This document shows positions 48,370 to 62,821 of a stretch of 64,000 nucleotides of DNA, piece by piece. A program made the position numbers and the translations under genes. Source of the stretch: Octopus bimaculoides. Taxonomy: Eukaryota. A model generated the notes under the pieces. The model ran no database searches. It was not told where the DNA came from and worked only from the letters and a program-made list of their open reading frames with translations. The stretch is from NCBI RefSeq assembly GCF_001194135.2, contig NC_068997.1, forward strand, positions 55,458,530-55,522,529, in the 5' to 3' direction. Within the stretch, counting starts at the first letter, position 1; the number at the start of each line of letters is the position of its first letter.

Positions 48370-48800
48370 TAATACCCAGTCACAAAGAATTACAAAAATA
48401 TAATAATGAAGGAGAGATGCTAACATCCTGTACAAACTGTGCAACCAGGACAGTGATGTTAGTGACCACATCATTTCCAGCTGTACAACCCTTGCCTTGC
48501 CTGAGTATATTCACAGATGGAATTGAAGCAGTGTCCACAAGACACAAGGTCGACACTTTGATATGATAAGGTAAGAAGTGGAAGAGGGAAAAACTGTCAA
48601 AATACAAAGATCTTACAAACTCTAGAAACAGTATCAATAATATTTGGAATACTAGAAATGATAAAAAAGAAAGATGACATAGAAAGCAAAAACATATCAG
48701 GGACTACAATGTTACATAGAGTCCAAAAAATAGCGCATGTCCACCAGCCAACAGAACAAGACAGCACTTACGCTTAAATAATCATCACCCAATAGAATAA
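48370..48800 (+). mobile_element. Degraded R4/Dong-like LINE fragment (CCHC knuckle and post-endonuclease region)
   Basis: LYKLCNQDSDVSDHIISSCTTLALPEYIHRWN resembles CRLC...ET.DHI.SGC..LA..EY..RHN. Further downstream IIFGILEMIKK...ISG..MLHRVQKIA resembles IIIGALG.IKK...IPG...L...QKIA. Confidence 0.7.
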
Positions 48801-49825
48801 CACAGCAAATACTCTTACATAATCGATGCAATCCCATCAATTCAAATCGTACACAGCTGCCATCCATTTATATAAAGCACACAACACCAATCACACAGCA
48901 TACACTTTTGTGTTCCTCTTCAAGTGGTACTGGAAGGAGGTGATGAGGAGCTGTTCAAATCTTTCAGCTGCATCCATCATATTACTTTCTTCCCTTTAGT
49001 CAACTGACAAGGAAAGATAATCCTGTTCTTCCATGTCAAAGGGAGGTGATGGTAGGTTGACCTGTGCGATAGACATAGCTGTACACGACAACAGCTGTTT
49101 GACATAAACAAATTCAGTAATATGCAGACATTGAAGCAATGAGTGCTGGGTGCTTTATCACAGAGAACATATCACATATTAGTTCAGTTGTTGGTACTTA
49201 GAACATTGCCATGCTTGTAGAGATTAACCTGAACAGGCAATATCATCCCCCACTTACCTCCACTTCTCTGTAGCACTGTCATGAGCTGTAAGGGAGTAAA
49301 GAGTGTGTGTGTGTGTGTGTGTACATGAGAACCTGTGCATGTGTGTGTGTGTACGAGAATGCATGTATTTGCTATATAAAAGTAGTAAGCAGAGAGATTG
49401 AGAGAATGTTAGAGTTCTTAAGCTAAGGTAAAGTTAAATGAAAATAAAAAAATCCAACAGGATGAAATAGTGTGGAGGGGAGATTAGGGAGGGACAATAG
49501 GAAAGATATGAAATAGGAGAGATATAGAAGAAAGAGAGAGAGGGAGTTGAAAAGATATCAGAGAGAGAGGTGGGAAGAGAGAGAAGAGACTCATCAAATA
49601 CAGATATACAAAGAGCAAGTGAAAATCACAAAGAAAGAAACCATGATAAAGGAATGGTTTCGCAAATGTGATAAAAGAAGGGACAGAATAATGGCTAAGT
49701 CTCATTTTTGAGTCAGATTCTAATGGTAAACTCAATGTGTTCTTAATTATGAAAATAATAGAAAAAAAAACCACTAATTCAAGAAGATTTCAGGGTCAGA
49801 GGACTGTTTCTCAAATCTTTACAGA

Positions 49826-49867
49826 ATAATAATAATAATAGTAATGATGATAATAATAATAATAATA

Positions 49868-49904
<37 letters not shown>

Positions 49905-50000
49905 TTATTATTATTATTATTCAATAGTCTTATTTTGATCAGGTGCTTTCATTGCACTACCAAGTGCAGTTCTCTGTGCCTTGGGTGTGTGCTGTGGCTT
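49826..50000 (-). mobile_element. (AAT)n/(ATT)n array plus probable 3' UTR of an R4-like LINE
   Basis: The microsatellite at 49826-49920 is seen directly. The adjacent minus-strand cacagcacacacccaaggcacagagaactgcacttggtagtgcaatgaaagcac..ttgaataataat resembles an octopus LINE 3' end that I recall from memory only. Confidence 0.45.
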
Positions 50001-52149
50001 GTGATCTATGTTTAAACCCTTCAGACAAGATTCTGAATATCAACTCAGTAATTGTTGCTCTAACATTTTAATCTTGGTCTGATTTTCTAAATGTGACTCG
50101 TTTGCTTACCTGCCACAGGGTTCCTGGTTCAGTCCCACTGTAGAGCACCTCGAGCAACTATGTGTCTATAGTAGATAGGGTTATTAGATCACTGATTAGT
50201 TCGTAGCCAATTTAAACAACCTTAAAAGCAAAGTGCAATTGGAAGGAAAGAGTGGCACATTTCAAATAAGGAGATTACATCATAAGTAAATAAGTTTACA
50301 TCACAAATGCATTTTAAGAAATGAAGTTTTTAAAATGATTTCTAATAAAACTTCATTTCTATTCAGCTATTCAAATATTAACACTCCATGACATCTAAAT
50401 GTTGCTTATTAGTGAGGAGGTTGAAAATTTAATTCTAGGTTAAACTTTGAATTTAATTATGAATTTTGATGTAGTTTGTCATGTGATGAATGCACCTTTC
50501 AATTTTTTTAATGTCCTTGTTTTAGCGAGTTGTAGGAAATAATGTATGAAGGATTTTAAAACATCCTTAGGGTTTATTATCTGACAAAATTATCAACACC
50601 TAAAACGCAGGTTTTAAAACATCATGTCTTTACAACTAGGAATTTAATAATCAATTCTCTGCTGTTTAAAAGTGAAAAAAAAAAAAAAAAGGACGAAATC
50701 CTTTTCGTATTTATTGTTGTTTTGTTTTTCCATTCCCTTTATTGCTTTCATTTATTGATTTATATTATGTAAATTTACACATAAATGGGAAAATTCTGAA
50801 GTTGATATTACAAACAACATAAAAACTCTATAGTGAAGAATTTGATTAGAAAAAAAAAACTTATCCTATGACAGATTCAATGTTTTTTTTTTAAATCTTT
50901 ATATTTCATTCTAGAAACTTCCTCTCTTATTTTTATGTCGAACAACTAATGTGGACCATTTTCAGTTCCATTTGCCTGTTTTGTTTTTTCTCTCTCATTA
51001 CCTATTAGATAAGAAATATGGGTTCCATATCATATTTAATAACAGCTTTTGACATTTTACAATATTCAAATTAATATACCCACATCTATACTGTTCAACA
51101 ATTTAAAGAGCAAGATAATTGCCAATTGGTGGAACAAAATATTTATACTGATTGAAAATGTCAGGAAAATCTCCCATTATTCTATGCAATCACTTTTTGT
51201 TGGAATCTACTCCTGCTAATACTGACATTAAAATGACAACTAGATACTATCATAAACATAGAGAAGCACTGATTTTATATTCTTATGTACCGATTTTATA
51301 TCTATGCCAAGAAATTTTCAGAATATCCAGATATCTCTGGAATTATGTTCGACACTATTAAGATACTACATTTATTTTCGAATATAACAATAGAAATACT
51401 GAAATATGTGTTTATACATCTTTTATATATCTGCTGATATTCTCAATGTCATTAAAATAGGTTCTCTTTTATTTTTAAGCTACCAGAAACAAGAAGTCTT
51501 TACTACAGAAGATCACAATGCCTGTGAACTTGGTACTATTACAATATATATGTTATATATTTCTAAGAAGATACATTAAACCAAAGATAAAATGTTTTTC
51601 CATTCTCATTTGTTTTTTCTTTTCAACACCTGTTGTTCCATGCAAGCATGGCTTTGAGAGAAAGAAAGTGAGGCATGATTTTTTTATGGCTGGATGCACA
51701 TGCCGCATGGTAACAGCAGATGAGGGGGTATATCTCATGGAAATAGGGACTGACTAGGACTCAGCTTCATGGGTCACGTGGGGGAACCTAGGAATATATT
51801 GACAAATGGTGAATGCAACAATGCATTGCAACAGCAAATGCCCTGACATTAGACCTGACCTGATACATTTTATATTATCAGCTCTGCTTTGTTTTTAAAT
51901 GAACATTTTTCTTTTATTTGAGAGGAATTCGAAAGTGCTGAGCTAGTGGACAATTTGTTGATAGGAAATATCAACAAAAGTCACTATCAACAAAGGTCAA
52001 TGACAAATGGTGACATCACCATAGACTAACTCAGTGCAGTTTTTGGACACATTTACACACACAAATACATGATTACATGTGTATGACAAGCTTCATACAG
52101 TTTCCATTTACCAAATTATCTCACAAGACATTAGTTTGCTTGAGGTTGT

Positions 52150-52251
52150 AGGAAAAAACATTTGCTCAAAGTCCCATGCACTAGAACTGAGCCCAAAGTC
52201 ACATGGATCAGAAGTGAACTTCTTTACCAGACAGTCACATCTCTGTGCCTG
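52150..52251 (-). mobile_element. SINE family B head, diverged
   Basis: Reverse complement gives aggcacagagatgtgactgtctggtaaagaag..gggctcagttc..catgggactttgagcaaatg. Confidence 0.55.
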
Positions 52252-54023
52252 TATTAGAATATTTTCTACAAAATTCTTCTCCATAATTCAAATGTGACTG
52301 CAAAGCCAATCAAGTAAATTGCTTTTACATTTTTTTATTTAATAAAATATAAAATGAGGTAAATAAAAATTGAAAAAAAAAAGACACAATGGTTAAACTG
52401 TTGATTTGTGGAATCGTTAAACTAATGAGTATTAAACCAATAAAATTAGAAGTCAATTCCATTTCTAAATTCTGTTTGTCTTGTGTCTAATCTCGCTTCC
52501 CAAGGGAATATCGAATTCTTTTGCATCTCTTTGGCTGCCATCTTTCTTGTTATTGTCTGCTATTATCAACAACATTGATATACATTCTATATATAAGACA
52601 GGGTAGAAACTGTATTACCTGCTGGCTGAGGAAAGGAACTGGCTTAAGGAAGAGGACTACAGCAGTGTTATGTCAATTAGTTCTCATATTGACTTATGGG
52701 GTGGATATTAATCAGGGACAAAATGATTCAAACATACAGTTTAGGGGTTTAAAAAAAAATGTAAATTGATTGAAAGTTATGATAGTGATACTTCAATTCC
52801 AAAGTATGAATGGATAAAATCCCTTAATTTTATTTACAGAATTCCCTCATTAGGCCACATCCACAAGTATCTAGTTGTAAGGAATCTGCTAGTGATATCA
52901 TTGGAATAGTGTACCACAGAAATAACAGCTGCGATACACTGCACCAATGTACTGCACCCAGCAATGAACATCATTGAGAATGCCATTCAGTGGCTTACAT
53001 TTGATGCATGACAGTCAACACAGCTACATGTGAGTAATACAATAATCCTACATGACTACTGAGCTGAAAGAACAGACAGGAAGTTACCGTGTTTTTCCAG
53101 CTGATTTCCATTCTCTACATTGGCTGTGTTACTTAAATTGTTTGCATGAAATCATCGGATTTTGCAATCATCGGATTTTGCAATCATCACTTCTGGTCAA
53201 TTTACTTTGATTTTTTTTTTAAACCCTTAAACTACACAGAAAGCCGTTTATCTATGATGCTAATGTTTTATTTTATTAATAAAAGTTTTCAAAACTAAAA
53301 TTATATTTGCAACTGTTGTCCCAACCTTCAGTGGAAAATTACGAGTAGATTACCTCCTGGGGTACCATGTTCCAAAAAGTAGTTTGAAAGTCAGATGAAA
53401 AAAATATGTTAATTTTAAACAGTTACTGCAAACTTAGCAAAACAGCTATTATCATTATTATTATTATTATTATTATTATTGGTGTTGTTGTTAATTCTTA
53501 CATTATCAGTTGAATTAATGGCTCTTCCTTGAGGTATGAGTGTATCATGTTCTGACCTCTAACCTCGGCATCCTACCTACTGACAGCTACTGAATGCAGA
53601 ACTAGATAACCAAAGGCAATGAATACCTTGTATTTTATTTTCTGTCATCTCACTGATTAACCCTCAGTTCTCTCCTCTCTCCTATTTTAAATGATATTTT
53701 ATTAAAGACTCTGCTGCTTATAACCACAATATATTAGTTGAATAAGTTCCTTTAAGTGTTCTACTTTAATATATTTATTCTCCATTTTGCACACTATCAT
53801 TCACAGTATTGCAACAATAACAGAGATGATATTTATTGCAACTGAAGGACACCCTTTACAAACTGGTGTCCATTCGTCCACTCAATCATAAACACATTTC
53901 TTTTAATTTTCAGCTAAGGTCCACAATAATGTTATGATTATGTTAAACCACAGACTACAGAAGCCATCAATCATTGCCATACTTATTATATATTACAGAG
54001 TAAAACTATTTGCAAATAAATAG

Positions 54024-54165
54024 GCACAGGTGTGGCCACATCGTTATGAAATTTGCTTTCCAAATACATGGTCTTAGGTTCAGTTCCATTCTGCAGCACC
54101 TTAAGCTTTTGTGAGCGAATATGGCTGATAGAAACCAAGAGAAGCCTGTTTGTGTTTGTATGTGG
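54024..54165 (+). mobile_element. SINE family B head and core, internally deleted
   Basis: gcacaggtgtggcc..aggttcagttcca..agcacctt..ttgtgagcgaatatggctgatagaaaccaagagaagcctgt. Confidence 0.55.
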
Positions 54166-54222
54166 GTGCATACACACACACACATATAGATAGATAAATA
54201 AATATACCTATATATATATCTA

Positions 54223-54625
54223 ACATCATCATCATTTAGCTTCTATTTTCCATGCTGGCATGGGTTGGATGGTGTCACTCAGCTGGCATGCTGCAAGGCT
54301 GCACCAGACTCCAGTTCTGATTTAGCAGGGTTTTCTACAGCTGGATGCCCTTCCTAATGCCAACCACTCTGAGAGTGTAATGGGTGCCTTTATTTGCCAC
54401 CGGCATGGGTGCCATTTGCATGACACCTGTATCTGCCATGACTGCAATTTTGCTTGGCTTCATGGGTCTTCTTCTCAAGTACGATATAATGCCAAAGGTC
54501 TTGGCCATTGCTTCCATGAGGCCCAACACTCGAAAGGACCTCAGCCACTTTGCCTCCATGCAAAATGAACTCAAGCACCTCACCTCTGTGAGGCCCATTC
54601 AAAAGGAACTCAGCCACTTCGCATG
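54223..54625 (-). mobile_element. Family C (RTE-tail) repeat with an internal degenerate tandem repeat
   Basis: catcatcatcatttagc..ccatgctggcatgggttgga..ctacagctggatgcccttcctaatgccaaccact; internal repeats of gaactcagccactt/aggccca at 54520-54620. The ORFs called here are not credible proteins. Confidence 0.75.
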
Positions 54626-54807
54626 TGTAGGGAGATATGGTTATGTATGTACACATACTTGTGTGCTCCGGTATTTTCCTTTCCATTCGTGTTCCATGAA
54701 AGCTGGATGCCATGAACAGTTTTATTGTTATCCTTTCTCCTGTCATCAAGTTGTCCTCTCATTTCCTACTCTTGACGATGTATGGAATAAAAGATCCCTT
54801 ACTTAAA

Positions 54808-54905
54808 AAAACTGGAAAGAAGTCGGTGACAGGAAAGGCATTCAGCTGTAAAACAATGCCACAATAATATATTCGTCTAACTCATGCTAACATGGAAAAA
54901 TGGAC
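54808..54905 (+). mobile_element. Family C 3' fragment
   Basis: ggtgacaggaaaggcattcagctgtaaaac..catgctaacatggaaaaatggacat. Confidence 0.6.
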
Positions 54906-57900
54906 ATAAAAACAAATACAACAGACATATAAACTGATCTTTCCATTTTATATGTGATGTCATCATCTTGTGGTTACTATGGCAATTCATCTCTATGCTT
55001 TGTCGAATGAAAGTACCAGAGATATTATTATTGGTGAAATAACAACCAGCATTCCACTTGCCTCCATCCCCACCTTGCTTATTCTATCAACCAGTGCCAA
55101 TTCCAACACTATAAACACCACAAACACTATTTGTTTTTCTTGTTAAAACTTAGAGTGTGGCTTTTAAACTCATATTTCTATCATCGACTCATTCAATCCT
55201 CGCTGTGCTCTTTCTCTATTTGTTAGTTATCTCTAATGCCAGCCAAATGCCATCATTAGCAGTTATTGGCAGGTTTAGGTCATTTCTCTGGCACTTATCA
55301 GATACATTCTCACTGATGTGATAGTTTCTAAAACAAACACAAACACACACAGCTACACACACACACACATGCATGCACTGTAGGCACCTTTAGTAATGAC
55401 CTGAGAAGCCATTAGCACCTGATGGAAAGCCGTTAGGTTAGAATCAGCTCAAATGAGGAAAAATAGAGCTGAATAACAGATTAATAGCTTACTTACGTGC
55501 TAATCTTTAATTGAGGCTTTTCTAAGACATAGAATAGTACACAAATGAAAGCTTATTATTACCAGAAACTACCATTATAGCAGTGCCAATTGAAAGATTT
55601 TTCCCCTTTCTGCTAACTGTTCCTGTCAGCTCACTGGTTACCATCGCGGTTTATAATAGTCAAAAATTTACTTTAGTTTTCAGATAAATACAAACAATAG
55701 ACAGAATTTTTAAGTTACATATTGAATGGAAAGAGCTATACATAAAAAAAAAATATCACCGAGCATGTGAAAAAAAAAAACAAAAAGAAACATTTCAACC
55801 ATTTCAGTAGAGAAAAATGTATCAAAAACGTCTCTTTTATAGTAGATAAGTGATGGAAATATAGTTGCTAGAGTACCATACATAAATTTCCAATAAATTA
55901 TATTTGAAATATAGTTTCAGTTTTAAAAATGTATCATAGGCTCCTTTGATCTACTGAGTGCTAATTAGTTGATTGGGACCACATAAGGGGATGACCATTA
56001 AAATACAATCTATATTTTAGCATCTTTGAGAAAATGTGTATATGAGAGAGAGAGAGAGAGAGACTCACACACAGTGCACCTAAACATAAGTTTTCAGTCT
56101 ATATGTATGGGAAAGCATTTGAGAATGTATAGAAATGAAACAAGGGACTTTGAGGATGGAGAAGAGTGATACTGGTAACAATGAACTCCCAAGTTTAGTG
56201 ACCTTTCAAGCTAGAGAGCCTACTTTCCATTTATGATGAAACATCCCTCATATCAAAATAGCGAAACTGGTCACCTCACTCATGGGAAATTTAAATCAAA
56301 TTTTTCCAATTAATTACAAAAACTAGCAATATTTCAAATATTAACTTCAATTTCTGCTGATCACAAAAGCAGAACAATGCAAACACAATATGATTATGAA
56401 GCAACTCTCATGTTGTAATTGATGTTAAAGATCGCTGCCTCTTTCTCTCCCTCTCTTGTTGTCTTTGGTTGTTCTATTGTGCAATATCAGAATTCAATGC
56501 ATATTTCTATTCATAACAACATTTTAAGCCATTTTATTTCTTGTGCTGTTACTTTCTGTATCTCTGGCACTATACACAAACTGATAAGTTATCATAAAAG
56601 GCCATATGTGTATTTGAAAAGATGGGAAAATGCATGATTATACATACACAGACACACATAAATACATACATCATATTACTTTGTCTAAATATATATCTTA
56701 TTGAAAGCAGGAGTGAAGTGAAAGATGATCAGGGCTAGATTTGAATCCAGAATGTATAGAAATGTAATCGAATACAATAGGAACATATATTTCAGAGTAT
56801 AATGGCCATTGATAGGCGGACAATAAGGAGAATGATTGTTTTTGTGGGTCAATTAAAAGAGAAAAACTTGAGAGCATAAAAATATAAAGATGTATGGTAA
56901 ATATTTATGGAAGCAAAAGTCCTCATAACAAAATAAGCTTCTCACACCCAAAGATGTAGCAAAAGGGAAACAAGATGGAGCGATACCTCCTGAGGTGTGG
57001 AAGGGTGCCAATAGAGTCTTTGTTCATCAGTGCTGTGAACCATTGTTAGGCTACTACTCAAACCTTATCATTAAATAGGGTTGGAGTCATATGTCAGTCA
57101 AGCAAACTGAGGTAAACAGAATTACAATACATTGCAAGACTTGAACTTTTAACCACGTGGTCAATAGCTCATCCTCTTAACTTGATAAGCCTTGTGACTG
57201 TTAGTTTTACAACTTAGATGATGTAATACTTAATATTATTGAGAACTGTTCACTTAAGCATTAGTAAACCAATAATTGGTGATTGATAAAAGTTATATTG
57301 AAACAGGAACAATTTCCTTGCCTTTTCTTACAAATAGTTCGAAATTGATGGTTTAACTCACAAGTAGTTGAAGAATATTATGAAAAAAAAAATGACATTA
57401 AGAAAAGAACTGGTATATTTTTCAATGAAAAAGTTACAAAAATCTCTCTGATAAGAGAGTATCATTAATTTAATTTGAACAGCAAAGAGAAAATGTCAGC
57501 ATTTCTTGGCTATAATAAATCAATGAGTTGTTGACAGACATTTGACAAAATTATAGTGAGAAGAAACAAGTTTCTTCTTTTGCTAAGCAGTCAGATTGAA
57601 ATAAGTTCCAAGAATGGTATTTAAGTTGGAAGTCATGAACTGTATGTTTCTCTTGAGATATAGTAGGGATGAAAGAGAAATACTTACTTAGTGACATAGA
57701 CAAGCAATCATATATACAACAAACAAATTATACACATGTATGTCTGTATGTCCTGTGTATACAAGTTATAGATACATTTCACAAATTATAAAATAGTAAA
57801 AGAAGTAAAATAACATGAGTATCGTTATAGGCCTGTATTTCTTCTTCTATTACTATCATCAGTCTGTGAACTGCTGCCATGGTTAGATGGAACCCTGCCC

Positions 57901-58034
57901 CAAGACTAATTGAACTCAGCTACTTATTTTATTGAGATCTACTTATTGAACCACTAAGTCATGGAACTTGAAGGGACACAATATAGACACAGTACTGGCT
58001 TTTAGATTGGCATAATCCTTAACATAAATATGGA

Positions 58035-58054
58035 CACACACACACACACACATA

Positions 58055-58109
<55 letters not shown>

Positions 58110-58136
58110 GTGCACACACACACACACACACACACA
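58035..58136. repeat. (CA)n(CT)n(CA)n compound microsatellite
   Basis: Direct reading. Confidence 0.95.
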
Positions 58137-58300
58137 GAGTGGGCTTCTTTCAGTTTTTCTTCACCAAATACATTAACAAGGCTTTGGTCAATTCAGGGCT
58201 TATGGTAGAAGATATTTGCCTAAAGTGCCATGCAGTGCAATTGAACCTGAAAGCACATGAGTGGAATGAAAACTTCTTAAGCACACACCATACCTGCATC
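58137..58300 (-). mobile_element. SINE family B head and core
   Basis: ggcttctttcagttttt..caaggctttggtc..gtagaagatatttgcctaaagtgccatgcagtg..gaacctga, the reverse complement of the 12880 copy. Confidence 0.7.
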
Positions 58301-61300
58301 AGTGTGTGTGTGTGTTGTCAAGAAATGTTTCTCTTAGTTTCACTGCTTCTCTCAAAACTGAGTGAAGTAATAATCACATCTTGGTCACAGGCTGGGTTAA
58401 TATTATTTACTTTCTATGAAAACAAGTAATACCATGACACACACACACACACATATATATACTAGCTAACCTTATCCAGAAAAAGATACACAACTGAAAA
58501 ATAGAGGGAGAAAGATGACAAGAAAGAGGGGGAGAGAAATATTACCAACAGCCAATAACTTTATTTAAGTATGAAATACAAAATGTCACTCACTAATATA
58601 AGCTAAAGAAATCAGATGTATATCCCTATAAATTCTTGTAGAAAAACTATGGAACCAAAGATGAACCATGAATGTTATTAATGATTAGAATAAAACCTTG
58701 ATATCTTGAATAAACTCAATATTTATTTATTGTTCGTTATTTCATCCTGTTTAGGATTTGGATCCATTTATCCATTAAAAGGATTTAAATGTATTACTCC
58801 AAGGCTAACATCCCAACATTTTACTAGGAGACACAAAATAATAACTTAATGATAAACCAACTGAAAGCGGAAATGCTTAACTATATTTGATGATGTTTTT
58901 CAACACCAAATATTGGCAGAGAAACAGTGAAGGCTAAACTGGAATGGTGTATTGAAACAGATAAATACTTCAGCCTGTCCTTTATGATTAGTATCTGAAG
59001 CAGAATGTATAGTTATTATACGATAATACTGAGAATTCTTTGAAAAAGATGTATTAGAATAGATAATGATATTTTGTATTCTTGTGACTAGGTTTTGCAC
59101 TCTTTCAGTTTAGCTACAAAACTTTGCTATAAGATTTATACTCAAACACATGGAAACATTGATGCAGTTTGGAAAACTAATCGAATAGTTCACGCATCAG
59201 TATAATAACAACAGCATGCATAAAAAGAAAACATATTTGTTGGCAATAAATCTATAACTACTGTACGGCCTAGAATAGAATCTGTCTGTCAGACATAGAG
59301 GAAGGATTGTATAGTCATATTTATTCAGAGAAGAAAATAATGGATAGAGTGACAAAGACTTCTCTGTTCTAGAATTGAAGAAGCTATAGTTCTTTAAATA
59401 GATATTCTTTGAAAGTTTGTAACAATTCACAAAATAATGCAAATATCCAATCAGGAAGAAAATATGCTTATTTCAAAATGCATTCCATCATTTTACAAAT
59501 TAAATAATCCAGAAAATGATAAACTTGTGCTGTAAAGTAAAACAGATGAGAAAGGGAAATAAAATACTGGAGCCAAAACTCTATTTTATCTGAACCGGGT
59601 TTTGTTTCTTTGTTAGAGAATAGATATAATTCAGAACAACACCTTTGTCTTCTATTTGCTTTATTTCAGCAACAGCGAGTTTTCTTTATCAAAAAACCCC
59701 AATATGTTTAACTAAATCTATGACTGGTTGAATCAGGGAAAATAAATATAGATTTCATTTGGAGTTTACATCTGTTTTTCAGAAGTATTTATTGATTGGT
59801 TTTTGCACATATGTACATTTACATGAATATTTCTAGTGAAAAAAGAAACCATCTGATGTAAACAAATATCCTCTCCTGTATTTGTTGTCCTAGAAAATGC
59901 TTTTGAAATGGTTCTATCATTGATCTGTAGTATAGCAGGCATTAAAAATGATGGGCAAATAACTAGAGAGAACTAGTCAGGTCATGTATGGCACTTGTAT
60001 AGTGTAGAACCAAGGTCTGTGATAAACTTATTGAAGAATTTCTAGTCCACTCTGCAAGTTTTAATCCTTAATCTTCTAGCATTCCTCCAAATACAAAGGA
60101 ATTCATGACTGATTCTCAAACAGTGATTCTGCATGCCACCAGACTGAATCATGCTAAAGAATTTGTTGAACGTCTACTTTAGAACTTAAATGACATAATA
60201 CTTCCAGTAACTTTGAGAACAAAGCTTTAGACTTCTCTCTTTCTTAATGATATATTCAGTAATGGAAGTAAAAAAAAAAATCATTTGATATCAATGAAAA
60301 AACAATTAGAAGTGTTAAGAGAAACTTGAGGAAACTCCCTCTGTTGGAGGGAAATGGAATCTCTCTCCAAGCAAATAACTGACCTAAAAAGGCATGTGTC
60401 AACATTGTGATGTTGTAGTAAATAAAAAAAAAAATGGTTTGAAGATGCAAGAAAAAAAAATAACAGAAGAGAAACGAGTTGAGTAAGATCCAATAGACAT
60501 ACAATGTTCAGTTGTGAAGGAAACGGAATGCAGACTGAAGCAAATGACAGAGTATCAAAACTGAAAACGATCAGAAAAACTTGTTCTTACACTATTCTAC
60601 ATAGAATGAATCCGTCTCATCGCCCTTAATTGTAACTTCAATATCAGTCAAGTGAAATTATCAGATTTCTTTAATGTTTCATGTAAAACTAATCCTTGCT
60701 GTTATACAAATCTATGACATGGAATAAATTGCCAAGTTGAGATTCATTTATTATTCCAATCCACTCTTAAAGAGTTTGGAAAACTGTGTTAAGTACAAAG
60801 ATATCTAAAAAGTACTTGAAAAAAAAAAGTTCCATATTTATGGGATTATATTTTGGTAATTGTAGATGTTAGTAACTTATTTGTAGAATTATACTTCTAA
60901 TCTGGATTATCTTCTGGTATTAAAATAGGACATCAAAGAGAAACATTGAAGAAACTGATTTTTGGTTGAAGACATTTACAGTAATTTTCTTTGATGCTGT
61001 GAGAAAATGGAAGAGATGTCTCATTATTTTGCTGGATATCAGTACTAAATGTCTTAAGTGAGCGGGTGAATTAAAGGCTGCATATTTCAGATAAGGAATT
61101 CGCTGTGGTAGAAATATTTCCTGTATACTATCATCCTTCAGTTGTAGAGAGCAAAGTGGTTAAGTGGGTGAGGGAGAAAGAGAAGCTTAAAACGGATCAA
61201 ATCTATAGCAGCAGAAGGGGTTCAGAAAAACCTGCCCCTCTGCACAGGTTAACAATTATGGTGGAGGGGGAAAAAAAATGATCGTTCTGTGTTATGAATA

Positions 61301-61948
61301 AATTCAAGCAAAAGTTTGTAAATTACGAATGTTGCCTGAGGCCTTTAAGTGTGCATCCCCAAACAAGTATTGTGTGGAATTTATACAAGACACTTAACTC
61401 TACTTACACTATAGAGATAATGTGGTGCCAATAATATTGCTACACTCTCTTCTTGATCGTATCGGCATAGATAAGACACAAGTTTTGGCATATGTACAAA
61501 AGCCAACAATAAAATACAGTTTTACTTGTGGTTCTATGTATGGGCTTATTTTCAAATCAATTTATAAGATTTTGAGAATTTCACAAAGATACTGGAACAA
61601 CAAAATTGAAATTATATCAGTTATATCTATGCTTGGAAAGTATACCAAGTTATATACACCAATGCTTTCTTAGAATTTGTTCCATATAAACCTTCTCAAT
61701 GATTTCCTTACAAAGAACAATAGCAGCATCGGATATGAAAAAAGTTAGGCAAAAAAATATTTTAGATTTGAATAAAACAAAAGCTTGCCAAAACAACTTC
61801 AAGAAGATTGTGGTTTTAAAAAATTCATAGATGTACAGAAACCTACAAAAATGACTGAGGTTAATATGATTAAAATTATGTAGGCTTTTTTCCTACTTAT
61901 ATTGAAAAAAAATATGGTTGTGCAACAGGTGTTTTTTTAATTCATTTT

Positions 61949-61995
<47 letters not shown>

Positions 61996-62821
61996 GGAGA
62001 TATAGGAATCAAAACAAAATAGTACTACTAATCCTATCAAAAATAAAAGATTATTATTAATCCAAAGAATGTTAAACTATATTTATCACTATGTTCTGTC
62101 GACTGACATATTTATTGCTACAGAAAAATGTTTCCTTATCTGCTACTTGTTTGAAAAGAATTATGCAACATAAATACACTTTGTTTTAAAACTTCAAATG
62201 TTCCTTTTGCTTTGAATTCTATTTCAATTCCTGTTTACTTATGTTTATCTTTCTCTTTAGTTTAAAAAGCAAAAAAAAAAACAATGGAAATTACACTTAG
62301 ATCAAACATTTTATTTCTAAGATTTTAAATGTTTCTCACTGGGAAACTTCATTGGAACTGGGGAAGTGGGGGGGGTGGGAATACAAACATCTGTTGTTGC
62401 AGCAGAATCATTCTACCATGCAGATGGGTAAAAAAACATTTAACTCTTGCTAAACACATCCAGCTTGGGAGACATTATTATCATTGATTACACTTATATT
62501 TCATTTTGTTTCCCTATAAAACTGTTTTATACATCATCATTTGACGTCTGCTTTCCATGCTGGCATGGGTTGGACCAGAAAATCTAAACTTTGATTTAAT
62601 TCCATCTTTCACAATATCCTGTCTTAAACATAATTCCACCACCTTCAACAAACATTTAATGGGTTTTTTTTTTCTTTTCTTTTGAAAGAAGATTATATTT
62701 GACTAATCACTCATTTTGGTAGAGTCAGTGCTCAAGGCTCAAAACCAATTCTGTTCCAAATTCACCAACCTAAATCCTATAGGAACTGTTTACTTTTAGT
62801 TGTTGTTGTTGTTATAATTCT

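Noticed and set aside
61092-61280. Plus frame of about 60 codons after atatttcAG (KEFAVVEIFPVYYHPSVVESKVVKW..)
   Set aside because: Short tract, weak donors and no homology; expected by chance in 64 kb.
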